A stretch of 63,643 nucleotides of DNA, counting the filler, from Choristocarpus tenellus KU-1152 (taxonomy: Eukaryota; Protista; Phaeophyceae): the NCBI GenBank assembly GCA_964200185.2. It is 13 parts of 13 records of this genome, joined end to end, with 100 filler letters (N's around TTAATTAATTAA, not from the genome) between each part and the next. Parts side by side here need not be neighbours in the genome. Positions count along the whole stretch, not along the records: positions 19,585 to 26,735 come from CAXNAD020006614.1; positions 26,836 to 30,802 come from CAXNAD020016875.1; positions 30,903 to 35,145 come from CAXNAD020015514.1; positions 35,246 to 41,441 come from CAXNAD020008707.1; 9 more parts are not named here. One strand, 5' to 3'. Positions 24,979 through 39,408 of the stretch are shown piece by piece. A program made the position numbers and the translations under genes. How positions within the stretch are numbered: position 1 is the stretch's first letter; every line of letters begins with the position of its first letter. The notes beneath the pieces were generated by a model that saw nothing but the letters and a program-made list of their open reading frames with translations, had not been told where the DNA came from and made no database searches.

Positions 24979-25810
24979 GAAGGAAGGTATGGGTGGAGAC
25001 GGTCGCAGTTTTGAATTAAATTGGGCAACAGTTTAGGTATAGTAGGTGGTATGAAAAGTAAGTGCAGTGTGTAGTGCCTTTCACCACAGGTGGGGATAGT
25101 CCCCAGGCAAAAGCAATGAATGCAAACGTGATGGTGAAGAAGAAAAGGGGGGACCATGTATGGTGCGATAATAGATAACCCATCTTCTTAAAAACGTCAT
25201 CATTTATTGCAATAGATCAAGATAGATTATAAGCAGTAGGTGGAGTATCTACTACGTTTTTTTTTCAGCTATGTGCTTTCTGCAGTTCCTCTATGCACAG
25301 CAAGTGCTGTAGTTTCAAATGAGAGGAGGATATCTTGCGAACCCACCAACAAGACTGACGGTCGACTGACATAGTTCCTCATTTTTTCGATGTTCTACCA
25401 TCTTTCCTATATAATGATAGTGCCGTTCATTATTGCGAATCGAAAGGCTTTGGAAAAGAGTAGTATGGATAAATTGGATTGACTACAAAAATTTCAACAT
25501 CCTTTACTCGAATCCAAACATACAAAGTACTCGGAGTATATAGATTTGCTCATCATGAGGTGGGCGCATGAGGCCCTGCAAGGAAGGGGAAAAGGCCCAA
25601 TGCCTAGTGAAGTGCCCTGGCAGGGGCAATATTTTTCTGGGTACTCTCATCTGCATGTGTTCTTTTCGAACTACTGAACACACTATTAACAATATCTGAT
25701 CGAATTTGAGAGACCTCTGACCTTGTTTTACTGTTAAAAACCTGGTGAAAGAGGTGTCAAAGAAGAAAATTATTGTCTATTATTATGGAGTATTTTATCC
25801 AAGTATTATA

Positions 25811-26640
25811 TTATTATGCCCTTTGACATTTTACAGATGTGTCAGGGGGGAAACAAATGAAAAGTATACAGATTGACAGTATAAACCCTAGAGAAATAAA
25901 ATAAATAAATGTGAAAAACACTATAAAACAGTGTAAATGTGAAAAACACTAATCTATCTGTTACTTCACCACTATCAATATCATACTACTGACTTCCTGT
26001 GCTTCCCATCTACCTATTCCTGCGCCCGGGGGGGGGGGAGCTAGGGAGGCATCCCAATAATCCAACAAACCCCTCCGTGCCCATCTCCCTGGGGATTCTA
26101 GTTTAAAGCGCATGACACGTTTAGACAGTGCCTGCCATGCATCCACCTTTAGCTGGGGATAGTGCACAAAGACGATGGCCTGCATCATCTTCTGTGCTCA
26201 TTCTGTCCCATTAATGATGTGTAACGACATCCCCACTTAGTGGGAACACGTGCTTCGGTTGTGTGCGTGTGTAGCAGGAAAGACCAAAGCCAGAAAGGCA
26301 GGAAAGTTTGGTCAAACAAGGGCGGTAAGTTTGAATCCCTTTCCTACCACGACTTGAACGGGCGTTGTAACCTCCACTCTTTCCCACCACACGCTGTGAG
26401 CCCCGCTAACTTCCAGAAGACCTCCATCAACCAACCTCCGCATGGTATGCACCTGCCTGACGCATTTACATACCATGACGTTCAACACTCAACCGAGTGC
26501 AGCTACAAGTTCCCTTAATAGTGCACTCATCGCAGGCAAGGCCATAGTGAGCAACCTCTTCGTCTCTTCTTCTGGCAGGGTTACAACCTCTACACGTTGA
26601 TGGACAATGTGTACCCAAGCCTCTAGACGTCTACAACATT
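25811..26640 (-). mobile_element. 5'-truncated non-LTR retrotransposon (family C): 3' UTR plus possible ORF end
   Basis: 25811-26070 is homologous to 41188-41441 and ends in the CTGACA...TGTCA stem-loop + (TAA)n. The extent beyond 26070 is inferred. Confidence 0.65.
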
Positions 26641-26661
26641 TGCATGTGTTATGGAATGAAA

Positions 26662-26735
26662 CTTAGAGGGTAGAGCCGCGTCCATTTGGGGATCAAAATA
26701 CAATGTTGTGATTTTGATGTAATTTTGGCTATCGT
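26662..26735 (+). mobile_element. MITE family A, cut by contig end
   Basis: CTTAGAGGGTAGAGCCGCGTCCATTTGGGG... Confidence 0.8.
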
Positions 26736-26835
26736 NNNNNNNNNNNNNNNNNNNNNNNNNNNNNNNNNNNNNNNNNNNNTTAATTAATTAANNNNNNNNN
26801 NNNNNNNNNNNNNNNNNNNNNNNNNNNNNNNNNNN

Positions 26836-27010
26836 CCCAAAATATCGGGGGGGGGGGGGGGTATACACCAGGGTGTCCATTTGGGTCATAACCAGGAAAA
26901 GTGTAATTTCATTATCCATCCAATGTACGCAACCAAATCACCTAAAAATCGCGACATGAAAAAATTGACCCCAAATGGACAGCCGCTACCCCCCCCAGAT
27001 ACTTTGAGCC
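26836..27010. mobile_element. MITE family B, near-complete copy
   Basis: CCCAAAATATCGGGGGG ... CCCCCCAGATACTTTGAGCC; body homologous to 67-247. Confidence 0.85.
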
Positions 27011-29160
27011 TGAACAGACAACAAGTGTTGCCTATGTCTCCTTATTGATACACTAAGGAATGCACCCAGTGCACAGTTTCTGACTCTAGTGTTGTGCACC
27101 AATGAAAATGTATGATGCACAGGGCCGCTCTATGTCCTAGCATGGGGGCCACATGCAATTTTTCCCCTTGGCACCTGGGACTAGGAACTAGACCGCTAGG
27201 TTTGAAGCAAGTTTGTAAACTTGCAGACCCCGGAGGGTGTGCAGGAAACACAAATTGAACATTTCAGTGTTACACACGACAAAGGCGATGCCCAGACGGC
27301 ATGGGATATAGAGCAAGTCGGCAGGAATACTGTCATGGATACAGGACAACTACTGACTGAATAGACTCAAGGGTTTTTCGAAGAATGGATGTCATAGGGC
27401 AAATGGCCCATAGCACTGTCCTTGACAATAGACAAGATAGAGCAACTAGACCCAGATTGTTGTACAGGACAGCATATGCCACAGAGCAAATTGGTTAGAG
27501 CAGCACCTCAGACTTTGAAATGTAAAAATGGGTACCAGCGTTTCCTGTACAAAAAGGATGTTAGGGGCGAGTATTGTGAACTCTTTTTTTTTATGAATGA
27601 GATAGATATTGTACCATAATTTTTCGTTTCTTCTACCTGTTTCTTTTTCTTTTTCTTATGTGTACTTTTTAGAGGTAAACAAATGTGTGAAGGGTGAAAT
27701 AGCATGAGTGTGAGCCGCTTTCTTAGGGGAAAATGATATCTCGGTTGTTACGCGGGAGGACTAGAGGAAGAATCAAACGACCTACTTTTCGTGAATGTTT
27801 CAGTCAAGGACAGTGAGCGTTACAGCCCGAATATGACCTGGGTGTTGTGTTCGTAGGTCAAGGTAGCATTGATGTTTGTGTTTTCATAGGTATGCAAAAA
27901 AAAGTGGAAAGTGTGTGGAAAGAATTGCTGCACACATGAAATGTGCAATGCAGAACGACGGCACCAATGTAGGGCTCTACCCTCGGTTATATTTTGTAAT
28001 TATAGTAGGGACTACCCAGCCAGCTGCACAAATTGAGATACCCTGTGAATCATGCACCCAACAAGGTGTGCAAAATGTAGTCAGCGCTCTTCTTTTCTAA
28101 GGGGCAGGTTTTTGGGGGGGGGGTTCAGAAGCTCTGCTATATACTTTGCTAGCAATCTGTACAGTTGTACAATGAATGAATTAAGGTTTAAAAGTGTGTA
28201 TCAGCAATGGTGAGGAGTAAGGGATGTTGCAAGGGGGTGTCCTGTTGGCGTAGTGTTGTGCCAAGGCTAATGTGTTGGTGTAGCTGAAAATGTGCTCTGA
28301 GTACCACAAGAAATGTACTCATGATTGCTTGAAAATGTAGTATTTGACATGGGTAAAGAGGACAAGGCGTAGGCACTTGTCCTCCCAAAGTGTTTGGTTC
28401 TATCCATGCCCCTCAGTAATCGATGGGTCGGAGGGAGAGGCGCTGGTGGTGGTAGGCCTTTTTTGAGAGGGATTAGTTTAGGGCAAGGTGGCAATCTTGG
28501 ACTGTCACGGCATTTGTGTGTTGCTGCGGTGTGTCATGTTCTAGAGTACAGCTTGTCTTGGTCTTGCTTAGGAGATTGCTTACATGTATGTGGGTTTGGA
28601 ATGGGATGCCACCACGTAAAACATGTGTTACCTTTCTGATCTCATGTGCCTCTATGCTGTTTATATGTCAATATAGTGTTGATTATTGTCCCTAGTTGTG
28701 TCGTGCTGCAGAAGAACACATTTCTTACCATTTTTTGGTATTGTGTAGCGTGTTGTGTTATGTCCATCCCCTTGTATTGCAGGTTTGTTGTTTTCGCCTT
28801 ATAGCAGCATCAGAAGTGGTGAAATGAAACCTTTGAACTTTTTCTGTTTTATCTTGGTTTTGGAACATGACAGACCTCCTTGTGCACCGCCTTCTGCCCC
28901 CCCTCTCTTACAACATTTTCCTTCTGCACAGATACCTCCCAATCCATTTCAAAGCCCCCCTTACATCCCACATTTCCTGTGCCCTTGCTCCACTTCAGAT
29001 GGCCCCTCTGCTCCCCCAGCTTCTTATCCACTGCCCCCATGCCCCTCTCTTTGCTATGATACCCCACCCCCCCTTGCCCCCCTACCATCCCCACAATTCA
29101 CACCACTACAGACTCCACAGAGAGGGCCAAGCAAATGATCAATTGGAACCACCGGGGTAG

Positions 29161-30642
29161 GTTCGAACAGGATGATTCTGATACAGGAGCAGGAGGGAGG
29201 GCGAGACTGTCACTAATGCGCTTCAGCAGTTTCTCTCGCCACTCCAAGACAAGAGGCAGCTCTGGGGATGACTCCAGGGCCGACGGGGACGGTGATGGGG
29301 ATCGGAGGCTTGGAACCGGAGCAAGAGCAAAGGCCAAGGCAAAAGCTATTGCTAGATCGGCCTCGAGGAGTGTGGCCCTGGAGGGGGGCAGGTGGGAACC
29401 ACTGCGCACTCTGAGGATGCTGGTGTCGTTCTCGATGGAGGTGGTGCTGCTAATCCTGGCGATTCGGTGGATGCTTTGGTGAGAGAGACTGTGTGTGTGT
29501 GTGATGACATTAATCTCGTCCCTAGAGGAAATTTTCTGAATGAGGAGGGGTGTTGGCAGAATCTGGTACGTTCTGTGCTAATAACAGTCTTTTATACCTT
29601 TCACCCCAGCTTTTGTAATGAATTGGAGAGACTGGGGGGGGCTGGGGGGGTGCTTTAGGGATGGGGATAGGGTTAGGCGTGAGGTTATGCACCTCCCTGA
29701 TCTGTCCGTTTTGTCGAAAAAAAGCTGTGGTAAATGGCGTAATGAACTCCATTGGTGGATGATGTAACTGCTCCTGGGTCTGGCTTTTGAGGGTCTCGGG
29801 ATGAGGTGCTGAGGGAGAGTGAGATGGAAAGGGGGAAGGGATCAGGGCTCATAGAGGTAGAGTTTGAATCAAAATGTGAGAGAGATGGGATTTGAGTTTA
29901 TGGGAGCATATAAGACGTGGTTACGGGAGGGAATGGGGACTGTGGACTTTCCATTGTTCAGCTCGTGTGTTCCTTTCCACAATGCATCTGACATGTTTGA
30001 TCCTGTTTCCTTCCTGTGGCGTGGCGAAGGTTTGATTTTCTGGAGCAGCATGTGGAGTCAGTGTTCGGAAAGGGGTGTCTAGCAGAAGACGTGGTCAGGC
30101 AAGATGTTGTCATTGAATGGGAAGGGTTTGTTTCGGTGTTGGTCAGGTAACTTGTGAAGGAGGGAGAGAAAGATGTGAGGAAAGGTTTTCAGAAAGAAAT
30201 TACATGTGTGAGGATGCCTCTGAGAAAAAGATCTGCTGTTTAGAGAACAGTTTAGGGGTGAGTGTGTACAGGTATGGGGGGGGGGGGGAGGGATTGAAAT
30301 TATGTCTGTGAAATATGTTTGATAGAAAAACATTTGGAGGGTAGGGATGGACTCGTTTAGATGTAACTGTAGATGAGAGGCTAAAGTTACACCCACAGCC
30401 AGGTTTGAGCATACTGAACAAAGTAGAATTTGGTGTTTCTTTACCTGCTGTGGGTTGGGCAACCCTTGATTATTCTGTTTGTGACGATACCACCCTCCCC
30501 CCCTCCATCCCCCACAACCTGGTTTGGTCGTGAAAACCTTGTGCTGCTGTCCCTGCTATTGTGCTATGGTTGTGGTGTGTTTAGGGTTGCTTCAGTGATC
30601 CTGCCGCTAATGGTATTTGGCATCCATGGGAGGTGGGCCAAG
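29161..30642 (+). CDS. Two internal exons of an unknown membrane protein
   Basis: Exons 29161-29478 and 30585-30642 join in phase 2: ...WEPLRTLRMLVSFSMEVVLLILAIRWMLW-VASVILPLMVFGIHGRWAK; both end at GTGAGA donors. Confidence 0.55.
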
Positions 30643-33600
30643 GTGAGAGGTTGGTATATTGCAACACTGATATGTATAGATGCACTCACAAACATCTAGC
30701 CTCCCTGTATTCTCTCCTCGCCCAGCTCTCCCCCGCCCCCCACCCCCCACACTACTCACACTGCAGAAAGTGTAGACAGCGTATGATACAAAAGTTGTGC
30801 ACNNNNNNNNNNNNNNNNNNNNNNNNNNNNNNNNNNNNNNNNNNNNTTAATTAATTAANNNNNNNNNNNNNNNNNNNNNNNNNNNNNNNNNNNNNNNNNN
30901 NNCTCAACAAAAGAAGTCCATGCTCTGCGGAGAAGCTTGTTACCTTGACTGACAAGGGTTTCCGCGGATGGTTTTAACTCTGATTATATTACATCCATTT
31001 GTGCGTTTGGTACACAGTTTGCAGAGTGAGTGTTTGGTGCATTTTGAGGAATCAATGGCAGTCACGAAAGAAATAATGATCAACCATCAATATACAACTG
31101 TCCTCTTCTACTGATGAGGAGAAAGAGTGAAAGAAAAACAAACAAGAGAACAAGAGAACAAAATTGAACCACTATGTGATGCAACTCAAGTGACGCATGC
31201 TATACTATCCTATTCGTGCAATTCTGGATGAATGCTGGTGTCCCATATCGATGACGCTGGTGGGGCCTTTGTTGTTCATGTTACTACCCTTTCTGCATTA
31301 GTCCATTGGCGTTCTAGTCGTCGATTAGGCTTGGAATTGTAGCAGTCTATACCATTGCACCATTAAATGCCCATACCTGGCTTCACTAGCTTCGAAGGGT
31401 ATATCCACACGGTACTCAGATCTGAAACAGTGAAGTTTGACGCCCTATTTGCAGTATTGCATATATACCATCATCGGTATGTATGAATATTGGGAGTGTA
31501 CCTTATAACGTCATATCAATTGCCACATGCCACAGTCCCTCCAATATTTATGGTTGGCAGGAATGTCCGATCTGGTCCCAAAACCTGAATATATTTAGTC
31601 TGCAAGCTGAGGCGTATTCGCAAAACAACCAAAATGTATTCCACCGCTGTGGGCTAGATACTCTGGGCCAAAGACCACTAAAGTCTGACACTTCTAAGTA
31701 TTAATAATTATGGTAGGTCTAGAAAGTGTGAGTACAGCTCCGTTTGCTTGCAATCACTGCCTTTGTGGATCATTCATGGCAGTTGATATGTTGCTGGCAA
31801 CGTCAACATCCTGTGTGTGGCACTACATATTGGGGGAATTGGCCCCATCTCCTTAACGCTATCCGCTTCAGGATGCTCAGTTGATGTAGTTTGGTTGGCC
31901 TAAAAAGTTCTACTCAGCAGTAACTTTTACAGCAACTCAAACACAACGTGCCAGAAACTACAATAACACAAGAACAACACAGAAACCCTTGGAAGACACA
32001 AGAAATCTCAATACAATTCTCATATACCCATAAACAAGTAGTATTTCCCAGTAGATGCGCACTCAGCATCTTCCAAGTACTTATCTATCTTCAAACAAAC
32101 CACAGCGTAAGATGAGCAGACATGATGCAATAGTTTTCTGCGGAATACAATTTTACTGGCATCTGCGATGGCACTGCTCCTCCTTTATGTATCATTATTC
32201 TTAGTAGGTACCTCCTTCAGATTCCACTTCAAATCGTGTAAGAAATAAAATGTTGTATGTATCATTAGAAGGATCGACTTATGTCCCAACCACGCTCTCT
32301 CATCTCCACGATCGCCAGCACTACTACCACTAAATTTCATTGTGTTTCAACCACTAGTGAAGCTCGATTCAATTGCTAAAGCTACTGGACCTACTTATAT
32401 TTAAACGAGGAGAAAGAAGAAAGATCTGTGACCTCAATTGAGTGCACAAAATTGAGTTTTCCACAGAGATCAAGGACGGCAGAAGACTTGAGTACAAACA
32501 CTTGCGCTGGGGAAACGACACTAGCTTTTGCTGCCTCCTATGCGAACGTGACTTGTGCCCTATAATTCAAAAGGTGGACATGGAGAAATTCTAAAAAAAG
32601 TTGTACTACTCTTGACCTTCGTAAGAATCCAAGAAAAAATGGACACAATATATAGGAGTCTCTTGTAGTTTTTCGAGCACTCCAAAGGAGAAATAACAAA
32701 GATCTCTTCATCTACTCATTACCAACCTGCCTTATTGACCCTAACAGCAATAGCTACGTTGTAGGCAAGCGTAAGCATCCTACCAGAGTGTAATGCCTAC
32801 CGGGTAGGGCCGATATATCCATCCCCCTACGGTCGTGAAGAAAGTTTACCACCAGACCATGTGCGGGTATACACTCTGGTTGGCAGATCACCGCAATTGC
32901 CCTGCTCGGTAATAAATAAAGGGCGACCTTGTACAAAGAAAACCTTGACAACACACCTTCAACAAAACTCTCACTTTCTCATCCACTAGGTTCCTGCCGT
33001 GAGCCTAAACAGTTCATACCACTAAACAATGCTTACTACTGACACTAGAGGTTGATTAGTGCAGGGTACACCTGATGGGTTGACGGTTCTTTGTTGGAAT
33101 GGTGAGTAGAGTCTGTCCATTTCATATTGAATCCTTTTCGGGATATGCACACTCCGAATTACCCACAATTTTGTCTGCTAACAGATGACGTACATGTAAG
33201 ATGGTCAGGCATATTCACGGTAGACAGTGTCCTGCAAAGTGTTTAATGTTTGGCGTATATTTCCACCAGCGCTCCTACTAAACGTGACATTCCTGGATAT
33301 GCTCGATCTATGAGGGTCCAGTTTAAAGGTTTTTTGTAATGAATAGTCCATGTAATTGGGAGGTAGGCAGGTTTGAGTCCTTTTTCAATCTTAAGTCATA
33401 TTTATACCCCAGTGCAATACACCCCATGTGATCGCTGTATGGGAAAAGCAGTGCATGAAAAGGTCACAAACCCTCTTTCCACACACGAAGGGACACCACA
33501 CTTCAGCAAAGGCAGTTTCTCAATTGTACAAAATAGTGTCTTTTTGTCATTTACCGGGATCATTAGAATGCAACCTCTCCTACCTCTGAATTAATTTGAC

Positions 33601-35702
33601 TCAAAATCTAGCCAGTCATTCTCACCTCCATAAGAACCAGAAGTGTTGCTAACAAAGCTTGTTGTGCTTCCCTCAGTAGTGAAATTCGAGCTCACAACAT
33701 AAACTGCACCTGCATTGGCAAGGTGATGGGGAAGTAGAAAGAAACCTTGATGTTGGTGGATACAAGAAGTTGAGCTGTCACCGAGGTCACTTGCACATAT
33801 TATATGTGAGACGTTGAGGATTGAATCCTCGCTAGACCACTTGCCCAACTCCCTACGGTGTGAAGATAAACAGATAGAATGTGGTTCTGAGATGGACGAA
33901 AAGCGAGACGCGAAGATTGACATGGCCACTTCGGGGAGAGCACGCATTTCGTGGGGTTATGGCCCACGGATTGTGGTGGGTTAGCTTCCCAGTCTCAGAT
34001 TTTTGTCAGACAGTGGTATCTCAATGATTTAACAGCATATAGGAAAACAACCCCAGTTATTGTTGCCCTGTTCCATATAAACCTAATGCCTCGCCTGTTC
34101 TCCACAGGATGGTGATGAGGAGGTTTCACAGAACCATGATATCTGTAAATTCAAGGATCCCACCAGCGATTTACGGTCTCTAAACATTGAAATGGGTTTT
34201 CCTTGGCAGGCTAGTGTTGTTATTCATAGGCGCGTGAGGCACCTGCAGCATAGCGGTGCACCCTCGCCTTGCTTGCCTGGTCGGAGAGGGGATGGATTGC
34301 CCCGTTTTGGGTGGAAAAGATTATCCGACACTTGGTGATGGACCTCGACAGAGGGAAAGGTTTTGTGGTCATTTGTGGTGAAGGAGGTAACATTTTTGGC
34401 ATTATATGGAGCAGTTCCTTCCTCTACCAATCATATATATATCGCCATATAATGTCAAAAACGTTTTCTTCACTGTAGCAAAACAAGAGTTTGGACCCCC
34501 CCCCCCCCAGTAGACGGATGTGTTTGTGGGGGGTCATGGCCCAGGTTCTTATCAGTCAAGCTGTGTGTCAATGTTCCCGGTCTGGGCTATCCATTGCAGT
34601 ATATACTGGGACTAAATAGCGGTGTGTGATCATTGATGAGGGCTGTATCGGTCCAGCTGCAGTGTGGTGAAGTATGCGGTGTTCTGGGTCATTTGTTGTG
34701 TGACTTTTGTGTTTCGTTGGACAGGGTGTTTGGACCTAAGGCAGGTACAGTAAGCAGGTTCAGATTAGGGTTAGGGTTAGGGTTAGGGCGTCGGTTTTGA
34801 GTAAACACAGGTTTGTACGAACATGTCTGGAGATATGGCTATTGTGCTACCGTGTTTATTTTTTAATGTTTCTGTATGGGGTTAGGGTTAGGGTTAGGGG
34901 TTTATGTGTGTGTATTGTGCAGAGTTCAACAATCGGTTGCGCCAACTCATTTTCTTTATAGTATTTGTGAGTTAGTATATTTTTGTACACCAATGATGGG
35001 ATGGACACTTTTTTTTGTGCTAAGCCAAATGGGGTGTGTCAACAATTACTTGCACAAAATAGTATTCCGTTTTTTTTTGTCAATAGTGGGATGGACACAA
35101 TTTGTGTTCTGCCAAGGAGATGCATCAAGATATCCACCATGCAACNNNNNNNNNNNNNNNNNNNNNNNNNNNNNNNNNNNNNNNNNNNNTTAATTAATTA
35201 ANNNNNNNNNNNNNNNNNNNNNNNNNNNNNNNNNNNNNNNNNNNNAACACAAAATCAAAAAAAACAATCTACAATTCTTTTTTTCCCACAATAAACCCCC
35301 CCCCCCCCCCAACCCTCCCCCTCAATACCTCAATGGCATTGACAAAAAGCACATATAAAAACACATACTTCGCATACAGTGTTCACATACAGTGTTCACA
35401 TAAACCCATCAGCCCATCCATCCATGTCTTCCTTTCACCTCATCAGTGTCGACTCCACTCAACACCTTAGCCTCATCATCTACAGTGATAGCAGCCAACA
35501 CAGCAGCAATTTCTACTGTCACCTCAAGGAGGCCACAATGACACCCATGGAAGGCGTGAACACCAACAGTCTAGAGGATACAGGCGTGTGAACTACATCA
35601 TGAACACATAGCATCAACTCAAATTTCGAATAACCCCAACACCCACACCAAATTCATCTCCTTGACTTTAACCACCACATACACAGGATATTATTTATAT
35701 AT

Positions 35703-35704
<2 letters not shown>

Positions 35705-35737
<33 letters not shown>
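35705..35737. repeat. (CT)n microsatellite
   Basis: Perfect dinucleotide run. Confidence 0.9.
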
Positions 35738-35742
<5 letters not shown>

Positions 35743-36521
35743 GTAGACACTCCCCTTGCTAACATCCCAACATACCCTAACCCTAACCCTGATTCACTCA
35801 CTTGAATACTGACCCAAATAACTTCTCTATGGCAATTTATGATAGGAGCACACACATACCACTTGAGTACAACAAGTAAAAACCTTTCATACCTCGGCCT
35901 CGTTTTGCTCCAGTTTAATCAAAAGTGCCCCCCCCCCCCTCCCTCCCCCTCCCCCCACCATGCTCAGCCGCAGATTCCGCTCCAGATCCAGCGACCTTTC
36001 TCTCCCGCACTCCCTCCCCTTCCTCTCATGGCCCCTGCCAACCGGCAACATTTGTTTCTGTCAATACACCCACCCCTCTCTTAATGGGCAATGGACCCCC
36101 CCTCCCCATTCCCCTAACCTCCTCCCTTCTCCAGTCTCCGTTGTTGACTGTGCTTCAAGATGTTCCATACTCCTCCTGCCTACTATCTAGAAAAGAAAAA
36201 TCAGAGCCAAATATCAACCCCAGTATACATTACCAAAAGCAAAGTTCGAAGTCAAACAACAGGGTCAGGGATCAATATATCTTTACTTGTTGTCCATTCC
36301 CATCATGGCCATCAGCACTTGGAGGTGTATGAAAAAGGTATTGATGTGACCGTTGGCAATGGTTCTGGTACACCTCTCTATCATATTCGAAGACTGGCTA
36401 AGGTCATCCCAGCACATGTGCTGAAGGCAACTACATGAGTACCACCACTGGGGCATACTGTAGATAGGAATACAGTTAGTACTTTAGATAGAATCATAGT
36501 TAGGACTAAAATCAGGCCCAC

Positions 36522-36782
36522 GAGTGAAAGTATCTTAGAGGGTACGAGTTCTTCCCTGTTTGTCCATTCGAGGCTTGGCTTCCCACGGGATCTTTTTATC
36601 AAGTCTTACCTACTCCAAAGGGGTTCGGAGTAGGTAAAATGTGTACGTTATGAAATGGAGTGTACGGAACAAGGATATTGACACCTCCTAACAAACATCA
36701 TAGCCAAAATTACATCAAAATTACAACATTGGATTTTGGCCCCGAAATGGACACGGCTCTACCCTCTTACATACTTTGACTC
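36522..36782 (-). mobile_element. MITE family A, full copy
   Basis: GAGTGAAAGTATCTTAGAGGGTA ... TACCCTCTTACATACTTTGACTC; flanks CCAC/CCAT. Confidence 0.9.
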
Positions 36783-39133
36783 CCATAGTTAGTACCATAG
36801 TTAGGACTACCATTAGAACCGTAGCTAGGGTTAGGGTTACGGTTAGGGTTAGTAGTATAGTTAGGACTGCAGTACTTGATTCCATGCTAAGACCACATTG
36901 TGGAAAATACACTATGTACCACATAATTGATCATGTACCTAGGCCCCGACCGTAGGAATATACACATGACAAGAAAGGAGCATACTAGTACCTTCCAAAA
37001 GATCAAAACCACCACCACCACAGGAAGAGTCATATTAAGATATAGGGGTCCCATGTGACAATTGAACATTTAGACCAATAGAATCACCTGCACTCCACAC
37101 CATCCCAATAGGAGTCACCCCCACGGGAACATTCTCACCACCCCATTTCTCTAATCCTTACTAGGGTTAGGGCTGGACTTAACTCTAACCTTTCACCTCG
37201 CAATCTCAGAAAAATAAATCATATACTTCTACCTTCAACATCTCTATCCCCAACTGAACTGTACTCCAGCCTCATTCCCCCCCCCTACAACACCCACATC
37301 AGCTTAGACAAGGTTAGGGTTTGACATGTATCACCTGTGTGAGGCGTATGAGGTTGCTGAGTTGTTGTTCGTGCCTGTTGGCTAGCTATGATGTTGGTGG
37401 CCGTCCCCCCAGTATCAGATCTAGGGCAAGTGGGTGTCTCAGCAGGATAGTCTCATACTTAGGAAGAACCATCAACTTCTCTTGCTGAGGTGTATAGTGC
37501 GGAAATAAAAAATTGAAAACATCAGAAAGAGAATTGTACAATACATAAAGCATTGGCGTTGACATTGGAGTGTAGGGCTAAGTTTATACTCCGAGTATAT
37601 TTTATTATTTATTGTGCTTGGCCAATCACCACCCAACCCCATAGTTGTAGGACGTAACCTCAAGTGTACACTGTGATCCTTGTAGGAGGAGAGAGTCCAC
37701 ACGTGGTAGAATGTCCATGGTCTGCAATCTATAGTGCCTACACTGAGAGTAGATGACTGACTCTCCCAATAGCTTTTCCAATAAGTATACTTTGCATATT
37801 TTTCGTATTATTGAATAAACTAGTCAGCTTCTATGATGACATGAAGTATGGAATGGTGATGTTTCTTCATGTAGTACTCCGTACATGTGGGACTCCAAAA
37901 ACTCTGTCTGGGTTGAAGAGAAGATGTATGCAATGATGGTTTGCACAAGTTTGTGCATGATACTTTTGAGCTATCACTTAGTTTTGGCACTCTGATTCGT
38001 ACATATTTTCATGATTCTTCAGCCGTTTCACCATAAATAATTCTGCATTGGAGTTACACCTACCACTATTATCGTTTTTTCTTTCCCTTTTCTTAATCTA
38101 TTTCGACTCATTGCTTACAAGGAACTCTGTCGGTTTTCACTCTCACCCACTTAGTTCAATCTCGCTGGAACTTTATGGTAATAATGTTGCGAACCAGACG
38201 AGTCTGCATTATGTCTGGGATATTAGATCAACACCACCTACTTCATCTAATCTAACTAACGTTCTGTAGTCAAACAGCGACCGCCTGGCCCTATCTATAT
38301 CAGATGTGTAATATCAGATGTTTTTGAGTGTGTGTAGATAAATTAAGTACAGTGTATGCGGTTCGAAATGTAACAGGGAAACTATTCCCTTCATCTTACT
38401 TTCCATGTATGCGCCTATAATTGTTCGTATTTATCGTGTATATATGTATGTATTTTTATGTATATATGTATGTATTTTTTATGTGTGTATGCTTACATGT
38501 GTTTGTGTGTAGGTACATACGGACAATTAAGTATTTTACTTTTGAAATGTTAGCACACTGCACAGCGACACGCATGGGGCATATATGAGAATAAACTGGG
38601 GAGTAGGGTCCAACCTGCTCCATCTGGGCAGATTCCATGTCGGCTAATCCTAACAAGTGTATCATCTCCTGGAGGTTCGACCCTGTCCACTTTATACGGT
38701 GATTTTAGGGAAAGGCAGCATTACCAAGACATGGACACGTCAAATGTTGAGCTCATAGGAACCTATCGGAACAGCTCTTCTTGTACTACTGCGCTTGTTT
38801 TAGACTATTATTGGAGAAATAGTCTTACTCTAGGCGCTATTCACACCAAACAGGGTATACAGTGATGATAGAAAAAAGGGGGTGATTGGATGGAATATTG
38901 TTGCTCTCGCTACTCTTCTCTTCCCGTAGTCTCATGCGTGTACTGAGTTACGCTCCATAAAGAAATATGTTTTCCTCCCTGTTTTTATTATCGCTTGCAC
39001 CAGCTTTGGTCGTATAGTCGTCATTTGAAGTACAGTACACGAACATTATATCCCAAACTTGATGCGTCTAGAATTGATGAATAATTCAACAATTTTATAT
39101 ACCTTCATGTCGTCTGATGAGTCTAGCGGGTAT

Positions 39134-39408
39134 GAGCCAAAGTATCTTTTAGAGGGTAGAGCCGCGTCCATTTGGGGGCAAAATTCAATGTTGCGATTTT
39201 GATTTAATTTTGGCTATCGTGTTTGTTAGGAAGTGTCAAATATCCATATTTCCCGACACTCCTATATATAACATAAACATAACATATACACTTTATACCT
39301 ACTCCTAAACATTTTGGAGTAGGAAAAGGCCATAAAAGAACCCACGGGAAGCCAAGCCCCAAATGGACAAACACGGCAAAACTCGTACTCTCTAAGATAC
39401 TTTCACTC
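39134..39408 (+). mobile_element. MITE family A, full copy
   Basis: Both TIRs present; perfect 4-bp TSD GTAT/GTAT. Confidence 0.92.

Noticed and set aside
33200-33500. ISRNVTF motif suggesting a copia pol remnant
   Set aside because: Single weak motif in stop-ridden frames.
38615-38690. WTGSNLQEMIHLLGLADMESAQ resembling sulfite oxidase
   Set aside because: Too short, and no adjacent exons with supporting motifs were found.
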